This document shows, piece after piece, positions 1-13,975 of a stretch of DNA of 64,000 nt. The notes beneath the pieces are model-generated. The model was given only the letters and a program-made list of their open reading frames with translations, searched no databases and had not been told where the DNA came from. Position 1 is the stretch's first letter. Each line of letters opens with the position of its first letter. The position numbers and the translations under genes were made by a program. Source of the DNA: Octopus sinensis (taxonomy: Eukaryota); contig NC_043006.1 in assembly GCF_006345805.1 (NCBI RefSeq), forward strand, positions 55,986,001 through 56,050,000, in the 5' to 3' direction.

Positions 1-8
1 GCTACGAC

Positions 9-1004
9 GTGATGTGGGCGGCAACAGCGGTCATTTTTGATGTTGAATCAAAATTGACAATTTTAAGTATGAAGAGAAAAATTGCAAAACACTGGAGAGG
101 CCAGCAGCTGGAGATGATAATCCAGGCGGAAAATGCGACGTTGGAAAGCCTACCAGACAGAGTCTTCGTGGGGGAGGGGCACTCCATACGAGTTTCGGTG
201 GAAGGACGCAGGCCCAGATGTTTTAAGTGCGGGCAAAAGGGCCACGTTCGCTCCGTTTGCACAAAAAAAAATAATGCGGGCAACGCCCCCCCACAAAACG
301 CTGTGAAGAACGCAGAAAGCAGCAAAGTGGAGAAAAAAGTAACGGCTGGCGAAAACAAGGAGGAAAAAATAAACAGGTCGAACTCCAAAAAGGAGGAAGA
401 CAAGAACGAAATGCAAAATGAGAAAGGAAAGGATGAGGAAAATAATGCAACAAAAACAAATAAACAAGAAGACATGGAATTTACGAACGTGTCCAACAAA
501 AGGAAAAAATCCATCACCCCTGACTCCCCACCCGTATCAAAAAAAAAAAACAACGCAGACGAACAAATTAAAAATATTCTCCAATCCCACCCCGGCGGTA
601 CTACACTTATAGGCCAGCACTTTAACAAACCCCACCCCCCAACTGTAAAAGGGTTTAAACCCAACGAAAAAATTATTGCATACACCACAAAGAACGTGAG
701 AGTAGAAACATGGGTGAAAGCAAGTACGCTGATCAGGTGCTACAAAGCGACCGAGAAGGAAGCGGAGTGGCGATATGGAAGGGTCGGCGAAGAAGGATGG
801 AAAGACAAAACCTTACAAAGCCACGTAAAAGCCGGCTTCATTAAGGATGTCACCCAGGAGGTGACAACTGGGAAATTACCCGTTAGCCCGGCAGCCACAC
901 CAACCCAGAGCCCGGTGGCAACGCCGGTGAAACACCCAACAGCAACGGCGAGTGGGGGGGAGACAGGCAGAAAGAATCTGTCAGGCTCCCTCTCGCAACC
1001 GTGA
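9..1004 (+). CDS. Tx1-like ORF1 (gag-like zinc-knuckle protein), probably 5'-partial
   Basis: CFKCGQKGHVRSVC zinc knuckle followed by a K/E/N-rich low-complexity region; the frame is open to the window edge. Confidence 0.8.
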   Translation: MMWAATAVIFDVESKLTILSMKRKIAKHWRGQQLEMIIQAENATLESLPDRVFVGEGHSIRVSVEGRRPRCFKCGQKGHVRSVCTKKNNAGNAPPQNAVKNAESSKVEKKVTAGENKEEKINRSNSKKEEDKNEMQNEKGKDEENNATKTNKQEDMEFTNVSNKRKKSITPDSPPVSKKKNNADEQIKNILQSHPGGTTLIGQHFNKPHPPTVKGFKPNEKIIAYTTKNVRVETWVKASTLIRCYKATEKEAEWRYGRVGEEGWKDKTLQSHVKAGFIKDVTQEVTTGKLPVSPAATPTQSPVATPVKHPTATASGGETGRKNLSGSLSQP

Positions 1005-1027
1005 GTAAATAATTTTCTTTTTTCTCG

Positions 1028-4000
1028 ATGATTAAGTTAGGTTGTATAAATGTGCGTGGAATGGGATCGAAATGGAAACAGGCTTGTTTTCGTGACGACC
1101 TCATTTCACATAGAATCGAAGTAGCTATTGTTACCGAGTCCAAGATGAAGGGACCCCAAGCGTTCTCACCACTTCTCAATGGTTACGAGAAATTTATTTC
1201 TCCTAGCCGAGGGGGAGGTGCAGGCGTGGCAGTTCTTTTCAGGAAGAACTTGGACTTACAGGTAAGTACTGTCTTTTTGGACCCAGAAGGTAGGCTGGTT
1301 GTCCTAGATGTGACGCACGTGAGTAAGCAGTCCTTCAGGTTGGTGGCTGTCTACGCTCCTAACGGACGTGGGCAGACCGGTTTTTATCGGGAACTGGAGC
1401 ACTTTCTAGTGACGTCCAAAACGGTAGTCTTGGTAGGGGATTTCAACACCATTCTCGATGCGCGGGTGGATGGTGTAGGCTCGAGCGATAGGAAGGGGAA
1501 TCCTGGCCTCAAGGCTCTACTAGCGAGCTTTAATCTAGTAGACCGTTTTCGACTGGATGAGCCGAACGTTCCACAGTGGACGTGGAGTAATAACGACGGC
1601 TCACTCAGATCGTACATAGATAGAGTATTTGTTAAGGAACGAGATAGGAATAGTGTTAGCTGTCCACAATTCTCTGTTGTGCCTTACACGGATCACAAAC
1701 TTGTAACGTGTGAGGTACATGTAGATAAATGCCATAGACAAGGTCCCGGGTACTGGAAGATGAACAAGTCTATTTTGACCTGTGAAGCTTTCCGTACCCG
1801 GATTAAGGAATTAGTACAGAGGGCATTATGTGGCACCATCATTAATAATAGATGGTGGCTCGCCCTCAAAAGAGCCATCCGTTTGGAGTCCATTAGATTT
1901 AGCAAGCAGCTAAGTTTAGATAGGACTAGAATAGAGGGCGAATTAGTTAAGAACTTAGACGAGGCTATGGAATCTGGCTGTGCATCCGGAGTGTTGGCAG
2001 CGAGAGCGGTATTGTACCGTCACCTCAACGCCAAGCACGAGGGGTGTAGAGTCAGAGCTAAGTTACGTGCAGGAAAACGAGAAGGTATTAACGTTGCCGG
2101 ATGGGCCCGTCGTGAGGAGAGTCAGAAGGGCAAAAAGTCCTGTATTATGTCCTTAACTGACGAGCAGGACCGCAAGATCTATGGACAGGAGGAGATGCAG
2201 AAGGTCCTTCACCAGCATTTCGCACGGCTGTTTGGGGGCGGTGGCCCGCTCGAGCGTGGGGAGACCTTAAAGGACTTCCTAGCTGGTGGGCCTCGGCTCT
2301 CGGCAGGTGAGGCGGAGTGCTGTGAAGGATCGATCTCTCCCGCAGAGGTAAGAGGGGCTATGGCCGAGTGCGCCGGGGAAAAGTCACCGGGATTGGATGG
2401 TCTACCCTATGAATTTATTGTTGTATGCCGGACTTGTTCGGGGACATACTGGCAAGCGTCTATGCAAACTGGCAACAGAATGGGAGGATTCCCAGCTCTG
2501 TGAGTCGGGGAGTTGTGACGCTGGTCCAGAAAGACCCGAGCAAGGGGGACAGTATTAGTAATTACAGGCCCATAACTCTACTTAATGTAGAGTTTAAGAT
2601 TTTGGCCAAGGTGTTAGCAAAAAGGTTGACGGCTGTCGTGAAGAAACTTGTCGGGAAGGCACAGACATGTGCAATCCCAGGCAGGTCGATCCAGGATAAT
2701 CTTCACCTTCTCCGCTACACTATAGATAGGGTCGGGAAATTAGACGGCAAAGGAGGGGCATTGGTCCATTTAGACCAAAGTAAAGCGTTTGATAGGGTGG
2801 ACCATCGGTACTTGGCGGCGGTTCTCGAAGCGGCTGGGCTGGGCCCTGGCTTCTGCGGGTGGATCTCAGCTATGTACAGCGGCATCAAGTCCACAGTCCA
2901 GATAAACGGTTACCTAACGGAGCCGTTTTCGATCAAGCGTTCAGTTCGACAAGGGTGCCCCTTGTCCCCGCTCCTGTATGTTTTGGCTCTTGAGCCATTG
3001 CTGCGGAAGCTGGAGAAGTTGGGAGGCAACCCTAATGAAATCGGATGCGGTAAGTCTGTTTCTGCCTATGCGGATGACGTCACCCTCATCGTGTCCAACG
3101 GAACACAGCTACCTCGGGTAGTAGGTGCTCTCCATAGATACGAAGCGGTGGCAGGGGCAAAAGTTAACAGGGACAAGTCCATCGGTTTGCGCCTCGGCAC
3201 CTGGAGGAACAAGCAGATACCGTCCAGTGTTGTTGGACACTGGACGGATGGTCCTGTTAAATTGCTCGGAGTATGGTTTGGTCCAGACTCCCAGACGGAG
3301 AAGAATTGGAGCGAGGTAACGAGCAAGGTGGATGCCATAGTACGGAAGTGGTCCGGAAGGCATCTTTCCTTGAAAGGGAGGGCGGAGGTGGCACAGATGT
3401 TTATAGCCTCTGTCGTCACCTACCGCCTGACCGTCGTGCCTTGCCCCGATTCGTGGTTAAACAAGTTGGAACGACTTCTTTTCCGCTTTTTGTGGAAAGG
3501 AGGAAAGCCACTTGTGAGACGCTCCGTGTGTTGCCAGGAACCGCTAAAGGGTGGACTGGGGATGCCTTGGCTAATGATGCGCAAGCATGCGTTGAGGCTG
3601 AGACACCTCTGGTGTTACCTGGAGGATGATAAGGTGTGGAGTTCGCTGGCAGAGGAATTCTTCCCGCGACCGGCCTCTATGGAGGGATTTACACCCGGTC
3701 TCATTAAAGGACGTAAACTGACTTCATGGCAGAAGGAGTGCCGACAGGCACTCTGGCTGATCCACAAGATGGGTAAGGCCGGCAGCGGGAATACCACCTC
3801 GGTGTTCTATAAAGGGCTGGTAGGAGGAAAAAATGACGACGTCCTAGGAAGGGCTCTGGGGTTCGATGAGGATCAACTCTCCAACCTGTTTAAGAAGACT
3901 TTCAGGCCGGGGTATTTGGATAATTACCAAAAATCCCTGACCTGGCAGTGCTATAGGAATGCATTACCTGTTCGCGAGAAGTTATCCAGGCACGGAATGT

Positions 4001-4416
4001 CAGTGCCACCGACGTGTCCAAGATGTGGGTTGGACGATGAAACCGTTCAACACGCTTTTGTACAATGTCGGGAGCTGTCAGGCTTGATAAGTTACGTGGA
4101 ACACGTGTTGTCGCATCTGGGACGAGTACAGCTGTCGGCTGGATCTATGATTAAGATGATACCGCCAACTGGACTCTCAAAGGAAGGTAAGGCTTGTTTT
4201 TACTGTACGGTGGCAGTATTGAAAGAGTGTGTATGGAGAACTAGAGTGGAAGGTCTAGTGAAAGGGTCCTTTATCTCTGGCCCCGGTTTGTTAAAATACT
4301 TCGGATATCATCTGAAGAGCAAGATGGGGTTGGAGAAGAGGAGCCTGCCACAGAAAGAGTATATGGAACGTTGGAAGGATGTGATGAGAAAGGTGGGTGA
4401 GAGTAACCCAGCTTAA
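1028..4416 (+). CDS. Tx1-like ORF2 (APE endonuclease + reverse transcriptase), one frameshift near 2414-2417
   Basis: Motifs INVRG, VYAP, GDFN, YIDRVFV, TDH (endonuclease); KSPGLDG, YRPITLLN, KAFDRV, VRQGCPLSPLL, YADD (RT); CPRC..H..C at the end. ORFs 1028-2503 and 2425-4416 join if one T is added to GAATTTATTG. Confidence 0.9.
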
Positions 4417-5049
4417 TCATCGAGGAAAGGAAAAATCGCTGCTGGGATTTATAGGCTGCCGGGTTCAAAATTGAAACTGGTACCTCCCATTACCTTTCAC
4501 TGTACATAACTGTTTAAAATAAAGAATTAATAATAAAAAAAACAGAAATGAAAAGAAAACATACGCACTAAAAGTTCTCGTGATAAAGGCAAAAGTAAGC
4601 CAAGGTTTCGTTTCAAGGCAAAGTAAGCCAAGTTTTCGTTCAAGTGACATAAAATTTTAATTTTGTAATTTTTAAAATTTCATTCGAACTCGCATAGCAT
4701 TTTTGTAACTGTTTTGTCCTGTAATGTATCTATTCTATGTTAGATCTATTGATCATAATAAAGAAAATTTCATCGCTACCTGGTGGTTACCGCCCGTTGA
4801 CGAGGGACAACCATCCCGAAACTGGTTCGAGCGTATCACTCAGGCTTGCGAGGAAGGGATGGCCTCCCTTTGCAAATACTCCAAAGACACAGATATTGTG
4901 TTTAGAGCCAGCTAGAGACGAAGATCTCTTGGGGCTATAAAGCTACAGTAACAACTCCCTCCCCAATGTGGTTAGACATGATAAGATGGCTTCTATACTT
5001 TACATTATCGAGCGATTACTGTTTCAATCTCATTCTGAGATTTAATTAT

Positions 5050-5970
5050 GCTCACATTATTATATTTCTCTTGAAAATGGAGAAATTTTCGTGAATCAAA
5101 TATCTGCAGAAAAAAGATCTTAGCCCCCAAGGACATTCATACTAACATGGTTTCTACAATAGAGGATGAGGCTCCAGCTTTATTAACAGCGGCAAAGTGG
5201 ACAGCTGAATTTAGAAGGGGGAAAAAGAGTCTTGAAGATAACCCGAGGTCTAGACGTCCTGTGATTGCAATCATCGAGGAAAATATTGATCGTCTTCACC
5301 GCATGGTAGTCGATGGCAGGCGACTGACTATGAACCAGATAACCAATGCTATTAGCATATTTCGCCACAGAGTTGAGAATATTCTACACAATGAACTTGG
5401 CATGACGAAGATTCTACTCAATGTGTTCTGATACCTGATCGAAAGTGCACCAGACTAATCACATCACAGGAAAATGAGACATTATTTAGGGCATTATTTA
5501 GTTTCTCTGTACATATCGTAGCTCAGGATGACACTGTTGAGCTCCGAAGAAGGCGAAGGTCGTTCGTTACATCTGCAAGGAATGTGGCGGTTTCAATTTT
5601 TTCCGATGCAAAAGGCATTGTATTTATTGACTATCTTCAGAAGTGCCACAGCATAAGGTGTGAGTACTGTACCAATTTGATGAGGCACTTACAAAAGGCT
5701 GTCAAGAGCCAACGCCCAGGAAAACTGTCGAAAGGGGTCATGTTTCAGAAGGACAATGTCTTAGCACACAGATTCTTGGTTTCAATTGCTTTTGTCGTAA
5801 TTGTAACTTGGACCTGGTTGATCACTCACTCTATCCTCCTTATTTGGTCCCATCTCACTATCATCTGTTCCTCAACATGATAAAGCATCTGGTTGGAAAC
5901 CAATATTGGAGTGACGATGACGTGATATCTGATGTTGATGACTCTTTGACCAACTGGACGAAAGCTTCTT
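5050..5970 (+). mobile_element. Degenerate mariner-family transposon
   Basis: Fragments WTAEFRRGKKSLEDNPRSRRP, AKGIVFIDYL, FQKDN and YPPYLVPSHYHLF (YSPDLAPSDYHLF-like). Confidence 0.8.
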
Positions 5971-7148
5971 CACATACATACACACACACACACATACACA
6001 CACACACACGTATATATGAATATATATTCGTATATATTGTATATATATATATACCTATGTATATTTATACACACGCACACACACACGCACTCACACACAC
6101 ACAGAGAAAGACAGATGAAAAAGATTTTTTTTTAATTCAAAAATTATTATTAATGATTTTTAAAAAGTCGTTTGTGCACGCAAATGTACAGACTTGATGC
6201 AAGAAAGGTTTTGTGTTGGCGCTTTTAAATGTATTCAGCTTTTTGAAACACGTGCGTGTGCGCCGCGCACAGACACATTCATTTATATATTGCAGTACAC
6301 TCCCTTAATCATCTCTCAACAGGAGATCATAACTAGTTCCAACATTGCCGCTGCACCCAACGATAAAGTTATCAGGTTTATACCAGTCACGTCTTTTCCC
6401 TTTGTCATCCTTGCTTCCGTCCCATCAAACCAAATCCAGCCCACTATTTAGTTTTACAGCTCACTAAATTTGTGTTCTTTTCTCTTTGCCTATGGCATTT
6501 CTAACATTCACCTGCTAAATCCATGATGAGGCATTTTACCAGTCTCTCTCTAGTTTTCGGATATCTGATTTGATGCCCTTCTAAAAGATATCTGCCAGCC
6601 AGGTAGGACATTGTTAATTTGTATACAAATCCGCAACGTTCCACCAAATCTGATGTGTATACCATTCACTCTCATTCTCTTACTCATAGAACTCATTAAG
6701 TCCTTTGTAGCATTTCCTTACATCTTCCTGTTCTGCATTGCGCACAAATGACAACCAAGCTATTCCATAAGGACAGCTTATTACCTTATAGTTGATTTAA
6801 GGCTTGTACACGCTTTCCAGTTCACAAATCGCTCATCTGCTCTCTGTCCTAAGTTAAATACCAACCAGGTTGTATATAACGAATCTTACTACATACTCGC
6901 AGAAGCCCACGTCCACTGTTGCGTACACCGCGCATTGCCTTTCTCGTGCCACACGCGAATCACTAAGTCATTGGTTTGTTACGTACTTCCTTTCATATAC
7001 TTAGTCCATATTGCAATCAACAATCACAAGTTTTCTGTGGAATCAGACCCTTCATTTCAGGCTTGGGAACACTAGCACGTAGTTCAAATTCACTAGCATC
7101 TTCCAGTCATTAGCACCATTCAGAACTCAGGCTCAGCCTTCTTTTGGT

Positions 7149-7715
7149 AAACCGCTTCTGTTGTTTACCAAACAATGCGTGTGAGCATGTATGAGGATAG
7201 AGTAGAGATGGGGTGGGGAGAGAAAATTTGCGAGAGAAAACGGCTTGTTTATAGAGAATGAATGTATTTGTAAGGAGTGGAACAAATCTGAGAAGAGAGG
7301 AATAGAAAAAAAAAAAACAATGGAAAAAGAAAAATGTTATTTTAGAGAAAAGGTGACGGACAATTCAAATAAAGAAGAAAGAGTCAGAGCGGTAAAGATC
7401 GTCAGTGACGTATCACTTGAAAGAAACCGCTTCTGTTGTTTACCAAACAATGCGTGTGAGCATGTATGAGGATAGAGTAGAGATGGGGTGGGGAGAGAAA
7501 ATTTGCGAGAGAAAACGGCTTGTTTATAGAGAATGAATGTATTTGTAAGGAGTGGAACAAATCTGAGAAGAGAGGAATAGAAAAAAAAAAAACAATGGAA
7601 AAAGAAAAATGTTGATTTTAGAGAAAAGGTGACGGACAAATGGAGAAGGTAAATAAAGTGTGTAAGAAAGAGTTCAAAGAGCGGTAAAGATCGTCAGTGA
7701 CGTATCACTTGAAAG
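7149..7715. repeat. Tandem duplication, unit about 275 bp
   Basis: AAACCGCTTCTGTTGTTTACCAAACAATGCG starts at 7149 and again at 7424, near-identical for over 200 bp. Confidence 0.85.
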
Positions 7716-7761
7716 AGAGGAAGGGAAAGAGAAAGAAGAGAGGAAAAGAAAAACTACGACT

Positions 7762-7812
<51 letters not shown>

Positions 7813-7902
7813 GAGAGGGGCAGCGAAAAAGTAAAGATAGAGAGGAGTAAAGTTTTTAAGCACGCACACAGACACATATATATGTGTGTTTTTGTGTGAA
7901 TG

Positions 7903-7967
<65 letters not shown>

Positions 7968-8557
7968 TACGGTCTGAACCAGACTATCGGATATTGTTAT
8001 ACATTGCTAGTCACAATGCACTTCGTATTGTTTTAACTTTCGAAACACGCCATCCCGCTGGCCCAGCGAGCAGGCCAACTTTACCCTTGAGCAGAAGGCT
8101 ATTCAATTTCAGGACTACCCACTTACAGCTGAGTGGGCTGGAGCAATCTGAAATGAAGTGTTTTGCCCAAGAATATAATATATGATATAATATGATATAA
8201 TATAGCGCAATACATTACATTATAATATGATGTATAACAAAATATATAATGTATAATGATATAAAGTATGTGTGTGTGTGTGTGTGTGTGCACGCGCGTG
8301 TATGTAAGGCGGTAAACTGGCAGAATCGTTACCGCGCTGGACAAAACACTTAGTGGCATTTCTTTCAACTTTACGTTCTGAATTCAAATGCCGTCGACTT
8401 CGCTTGCTTTGCATTCTTTCGTTGTCAATGAAATAAATACTAGTTGAGTACAAAGGTCGTTATATCGACTTACTACCTCCCCTTATATTGCTGGTCTTGC
8501 ACCAGAAATTGGAAACAATATGTGTGTGTGTGTATGAGTGTATGTGTTTGTGTCTGT

Positions 8558-8594
<37 letters not shown>

Positions 8595-8659
8595 TGAATG
8601 TAAGTGATAACTTTAGTGACTCACTAATAGGGATTGAAGGAAAGATAATCCAATAGCGA

Positions 8660-9010
8660 TTTACCAACAGAAGTGGTTTACCAAAAGAAGGCTAAGCCAG
8701 TGTTCTGAATGGTGCTAATGACTGGAAGATGCTAGTGAATTTCAACCTGGTAACTTTTTCTTGGGGAGCAGTGGGAATGTTGGAACTAGTTATGATCTCC
8801 TGTTGAGAGATGATTAAGGGAGTGTACTGCAATATATAAATGAATGTGTCTGTGCGGCGCACACGCACGTGTTTTCGTGCATGTGATTCAAAAAGCTGAA
8901 TACATTTAAGAGCGCCAACACAAAACCTTTCTTGCATCAAGTCTGTACATTTGCGTGCACAAACGGCTTCTTAAAAATCATTAATAATGATATATTCTCT
9001 GTATGTGTGT

Positions 9011-9054
<44 letters not shown>

Positions 9055-9364
9055 CAAACGAAAGTCGGCTGAGAAATTCATCGGCTGACGAAGACGCTCT
9101 CACAAAACGTGACCAAAGGAAGTGAACACGATCAATATTTTCCTCGATGATTGCAATCACAGGACGTGTAGACCTCGGATCATCTTCAAGACTCTTTTCC
9201 CCCCTTCTAAATTCAGCTGCCCACTTTGCCGCTGTTAATAAAGCTGGAGCGTCATCCTCTATTGTAGAAACCATGTTAGCATGAATGTCCTTGGGGGCTA
9301 AAACCTTTTTCGGCAGATATCTGACGTACGAAATATCTTCCATTTCAAGATTTAATATAAGGTG
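8660..9364 (-). repeat. Inverted, internally deleted copy of 5070-7160
   Basis: 9120-9350 mirrors the mariner at 5070-5295, 8745-8985 mirrors 6145-6375, and 8665-8742 mirrors 7085-7165. Confidence 0.85.
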
Positions 9365-9366
9365 TA

Positions 9367-10459
9367 CGAGGGGCGTTCAATAAGTAATGCCTCTGACCCA
9401 CTTGCAGTTGTTTGTATGTGCAATTACCTATATCTCTATAGATTAAGTGGCAAGTTACAGCTCTGAATTAATTGTGGTTTCTGATTTACAGGTGTTTGAA
9501 CTGATCAAGTGTGAAACGGAGCCTGTTGAGTGTCGAGCATGATGCGTCAGTTTTTGTATTTGAAAGGACGCACCACCACGGGAGACGTTTGATGAAATAA
9601 AGTAACTTATGGTGATGATGCTCCATCATATGACGACCGGGTCTGTGGAAACTATCATTCATGACCATTTGCATATGCAAAAGTGTCTGCCATGGATTCC
9701 CAGGCTGCTCACACTTTCCAGAAGCAAGAACGCGTCGATAGCGTGAGGATGAATTTGAAGATGTGCCAAGAAGATGAGTCAAAATTTTCAAAAGATTGAT
9801 TACACAGGATGAAACCTGGGTCCATCACTATGATCCAGAGACCAAAGCCCAGTCAATGCCCAGTCAATGCATGGAAGGCGCCGTGACTCACCTCCTCCAA
9901 AGAAGGCAAGGGTGCAGCCCTCCGCTGGCAAGGTCATGCTGACAGTCTTCTGGGACCAGGACGGAGTAGTGATGACAGATTTCTTGGCAAAGGGTGCCAC
10001 AATTCCAGGAGTATATTAGCTTCACTTTGAGGAAATTAAGAGAAGCTATCAAAATCAAGAGGCGGGCAAGATCAGAAAAGGCATCCCTCTCCTGCAGGAC
10101 AACGCTCCGGTCCACAACTCGCGTGACGCCAGATCAGAAGCACAGGCGTGCGGCTATGAACTCATCCCCCATCTCCTGACCTGCACCCTCTGATTTTCAC
10201 CTCTTCCCAGCCATGAAGTTGTTTTTGAAAGGAAAGCGTTTCCCAGATGATGCAGCCTTGATTTCTGAAGTCACGTCGTGGTTGGAGGACCAAGCTGGGG
10301 TCTTCTACAAAAACGGTCTTCAGAGCTGCATCAAACGATGGAAGAAATGCGTAACTCTGGGTGGTTCCTATGTAGAAAAAGACTAATAACTGTGCCAAGT
10401 TTCGTTGCTCTACTGCTATGGGAAGTGGGTCAGGGGCATTACTTATTCAACGCCCCTCG
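9367..10459 (+). mobile_element. Mariner-family element with both TIRs and TA target duplication, transposase disrupted
   Basis: TIRs of about 37 bp (CGAGGGGCGTTCAATAAGTAATGCC...) flanked by TA at 9365-66 and 10460-61; motifs ITQDETWVHHYDPETK, KVMLTVFWD, QDNAPVH and PDLHPSDFHLF-like. Confidence 0.92.
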
Positions 10460-11699
10460 TACATCCTTAAATAAAATCACGATGGAAAGAATCAGTTTTC
10501 ATGGGAACACTTTAAAAAGAGGGTTGACAATTTTGAACTTGAGATCTTGGAAGTGTTGATAACAAAATGGTCAGCAGTCACTTGCAAAAATCTAGACAAA
10601 GACACGCACGCACGCAGAAACACGCACACACACACACACACACACGCACACACACACACACACAGACTCACACACACACATACACACACATACACACACA
10701 CAGACTCACACACACACACACACTCACACATACGCACACACGCACATCTGTATACATAAAGAGAGAAAGGTATAGAGATATAGATAGATAGAGATGGAAA
10801 AAGGAGAGAGAGAGGGGAGAGAGAACGTGTGTGTGTGTGTGTGAGTAAGGAAATATTTGATTGGCAGCAATGATATACAGCGAAAAACTAGAAAGAGAGA
10901 AAAGGGAGATATACAAAGGAGGATGGGGTGAAAAGTTCATGGGCTGACTATGAAGGATTGATGCTAGTGCTGTGAAATATTGAGTGCATTAATTTCAAAC
11001 TTTCTTATTAACAGCAGCATTGTTTCTTTCGAAGTTTATTAATAAGTGACTGTTTAAAAATTTCAAAAGTAACTAGTAGCGATTCTCTCTCCTTTCTTCA
11101 TCTCTATCTATCTATATCTCTATACTTTTCTCTCTTTATATACACAGATATGCGTATGTGCGTTAGTGTGAGTGTGTGTGTGTGTGTATGTGTGTGCGTG
11201 TGTGTGTGTATTTGTGCGTGTGTGTGTGTGTGTGTGTGTGTCTGTGTGTTTCTGCGATCGTGCGTGTCTTTGTCTAGATTTTACCAAGTGACTACTGACC
11301 ATATTGCTATCGACACTTCCAAGATCTCAAGTTCAAAATTGTCAAACTTCTTTTTAAATTGTTCCCATGAAAATTGATTCTTTCCATCGTGATTATATTT
11401 AAGGATGTACACATTATTATATTAAATCTTGAAAATGGAAAATATTTCGTACATCAAATATCTGCCGTAAAAGGTCTTAGCCCCCAAGGACATTCATACT
11501 AACATGGTTGCTACAATAGAGGATGACGCTCTATTTGGGAAAAAAAAATGACTGTCCCGCGATATAAGAATACCTGCTTCAATACGTCATTCCACATCAG
11601 GAATCTTGCAAAACAAATACATAAACATAACATTTGACATTAATTTTCTGTAGGGTTGAGGTTGTTGACACTCCGTAATAAAGAAATGAAATTCCTGAA

Positions 11700-12245
11700 A
11701 ATATTGGTTTCAAATTTTGGCACAGAGGCCAGCAATTTCAGAAGGAGTTAAGTCGATTACATCGACCCCAGTGCTCAATTACTAGTTACTTTATTGACAA
11801 AGTCGACCTCGGCGGAATTTAAACTCAAAACGTAAGAACGAGCGAAATACCGCTAAGCATTTTGTTTGGTGTACTAACGATTCTGCCAGCTCGCCGCCTT
11901 TTTCCAGAAAATATTGTTTTCAAGTTTTTGCATTAGGCCAGCAATTTCGTGGGAGGAGCTGAGTTACTTACTTTGGCCCAGTGTTCAACTGGCACTTATT
12001 TTATCGACCGTGAAAGGATGAAAGGTAAAGTTGACCTCGGCGGAATTTGAACCTCTGAGTGTAGACCGATGCGGTAACGATTCTACCAACTCGCCGCCCA
12101 TTTCAAGACAATATCATTTTCAAATTTTGGTACAAAACCAGTAAGTTCGTGAGAGGTAAGAAGTCGATTACATCGACTCCAGTGTTTAACTGGTACTTAT
12201 TTTATCGATCCCAAAGGACGAAAGATAAAGTCAACCTCTGCGAAT
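11700..12245 (-). mobile_element. Three tandem copies of a tRNA-derived SINE
   Basis: Repeated GTTTCAAATTTTGG...GTCGATTACATCGACCCCAGTG...GACCTCGGCGGAATTTGAAC...CTGCCAGCTCGCCGCC; related copies at 8296-8520 (+) and 35560-35975 (-). Confidence 0.7.
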
Positions 12246-12542
12246 ATTAAAATATCTGTCAAACAGGAAAATATTGACAACTAGGTTTTCAGTAATAAGG
12301 CGTTTTCCGTTCTATTCTACTCGCACATTTCTTTCCATAGTTATATCATATTGAAATATTTCTGAGCCCTGTGAAGACGGTTTTATGTGATTAATGGAGT
12401 TGCTAGAAATAACAGCTAAATCTCCTTCAAATCATTTTTCATCTTCAGTAAGAAACAACACTTTAGATAACGTAATATTACATATTTTAAGGTGAACGGG
12501 TTTGTCAAAACCGGAATGCTTAATCAGGAATGGATTGGCAAT

Positions 12543-12634
<92 letters not shown>

Positions 12635-13139
12635 GGGAAGATAAAACAACAGCACAAATAATAATAACAACAACAACAACAACAAAAACATTAAAACGGT
12701 TCCTATTTTCTATAATCCATTTAACAGTGTGACATTCAATCTCCTTTTTACTTCTCTCCTGTTTAGATGATAAATATTTGAACTCTATTAAGTAAACATG
12801 TAAACAACTGACAAGAAAATGAATATTTATTCCTTCTACATAATGACTTCAATGTACTTGACACTATTATCGGTGAGAATAATAGAGAGAGACTGTATGA
12901 CTCTAAATCTTTCTATTGACACATTTTCGTTAAAATATAAATAAAAGAATTTACCTCACCCACATTCTCTATTCTATTTATTTCTCTGGAGGGTATATCC
13001 TACGAAAAGAGCAACTCTGTGGTGAGAAGTTTGCTTCCAAAACCAAATGGTTCTGGATTCAGTCCCACTGTGTGGCACCTTAGAGTGTCTTCAGCAGTTA
13101 CCCCGCGCCGACCAAATCCTTTTTTATGTACATGTATGG

Positions 13140-13206
<67 letters not shown>

Positions 13207-13478
13207 AAACACGAAATTCATCACAATATATTTCAAGAAAACGGAAATTTTATTTATCAAATTAAGTACCATTACATTCAACACATTTTTGCCAACAAGT
13301 TATAACTTTGTTTATTCTGGTAACATAAAAATTTGCAGTTCTGGAGTTGTCTAACTCTTTGAACGCAATTTCAGCATCGGTTTGATTTTTGAACTCCTCT
13401 CGCAGGAAACCATCAAGGTGCTTGAAATATTGGAACTTGGTAGTAGATAAGTCTCGGCAATAAGCTGGTTGGAGAATA

Positions 13479-13525
<47 letters not shown>

Positions 13526-13531
13526 CACTAG

Positions 13532-13569
<38 letters not shown>

Positions 13570-13599
<30 letters not shown>

Positions 13600-13975
13600 T
13601 TAATAATAATAATAATTATAATAATAATAGTAATAATAATAATAATAATAATTATAATTATAATAATTATAATAATAATACTGAAAACCTGGGTGGTACG
13701 GGCTCCATCAGCAGGACTAATATAGAAATGCTAACCTCCTAGTGCATTTTTTGCCTACACAGTTACGCCTGCACTTGCACTCCCTTTGTGTATTCACTCA
13801 AGAGATGAGTGATACTTTCGTCTCCTTTCCTGCAGACTCTACATTTGCTGTCCGGTTGAGTCTTGTCGATCTTTGCCTGTATCAGGTTTATTTTATGGGT
13901 TTGTTTCTGGGTGGCTATAATTAGCGTTTCGCTTTCTCGTTTCAAGTTTCCGTCTGTCAAACATAGCCAGAGAGT
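13570..13975 (-). mobile_element. R4/Dong-like non-LTR fragment next to a (TAA)n tract
   Basis: ORF GNLKRESETLIIA..DSKCRVCRKGDESITHL (CCHC region of REL-type elements). Confidence 0.6.

Larger units (their letters stand above)
1..4770 (+). mobile_element. Near-intact Tx1/L1-clade non-LTR retrotransposon (5' end outside window)
   Basis: ORF1 with a CCHC knuckle, then ORF2 with APE endonuclease, RT and C-terminal Cys/His motif. The 3' UTR ends in AATAAAGAAAA near 4757-4767. Confidence 0.92.

Noticed and set aside
2-688. 228-aa hydrophobic minus-strand ORF
   Set aside because: Antisense shadow of the A-rich LINE ORF1.
9083-9115. CTGACGA motif
   Set aside because: No properly placed GAAA box or stems.
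11535-11610. Possible extra terminal exon for gene A
   Set aside because: Weak acceptor and no resemblance to a cholinesterase T-peptide.
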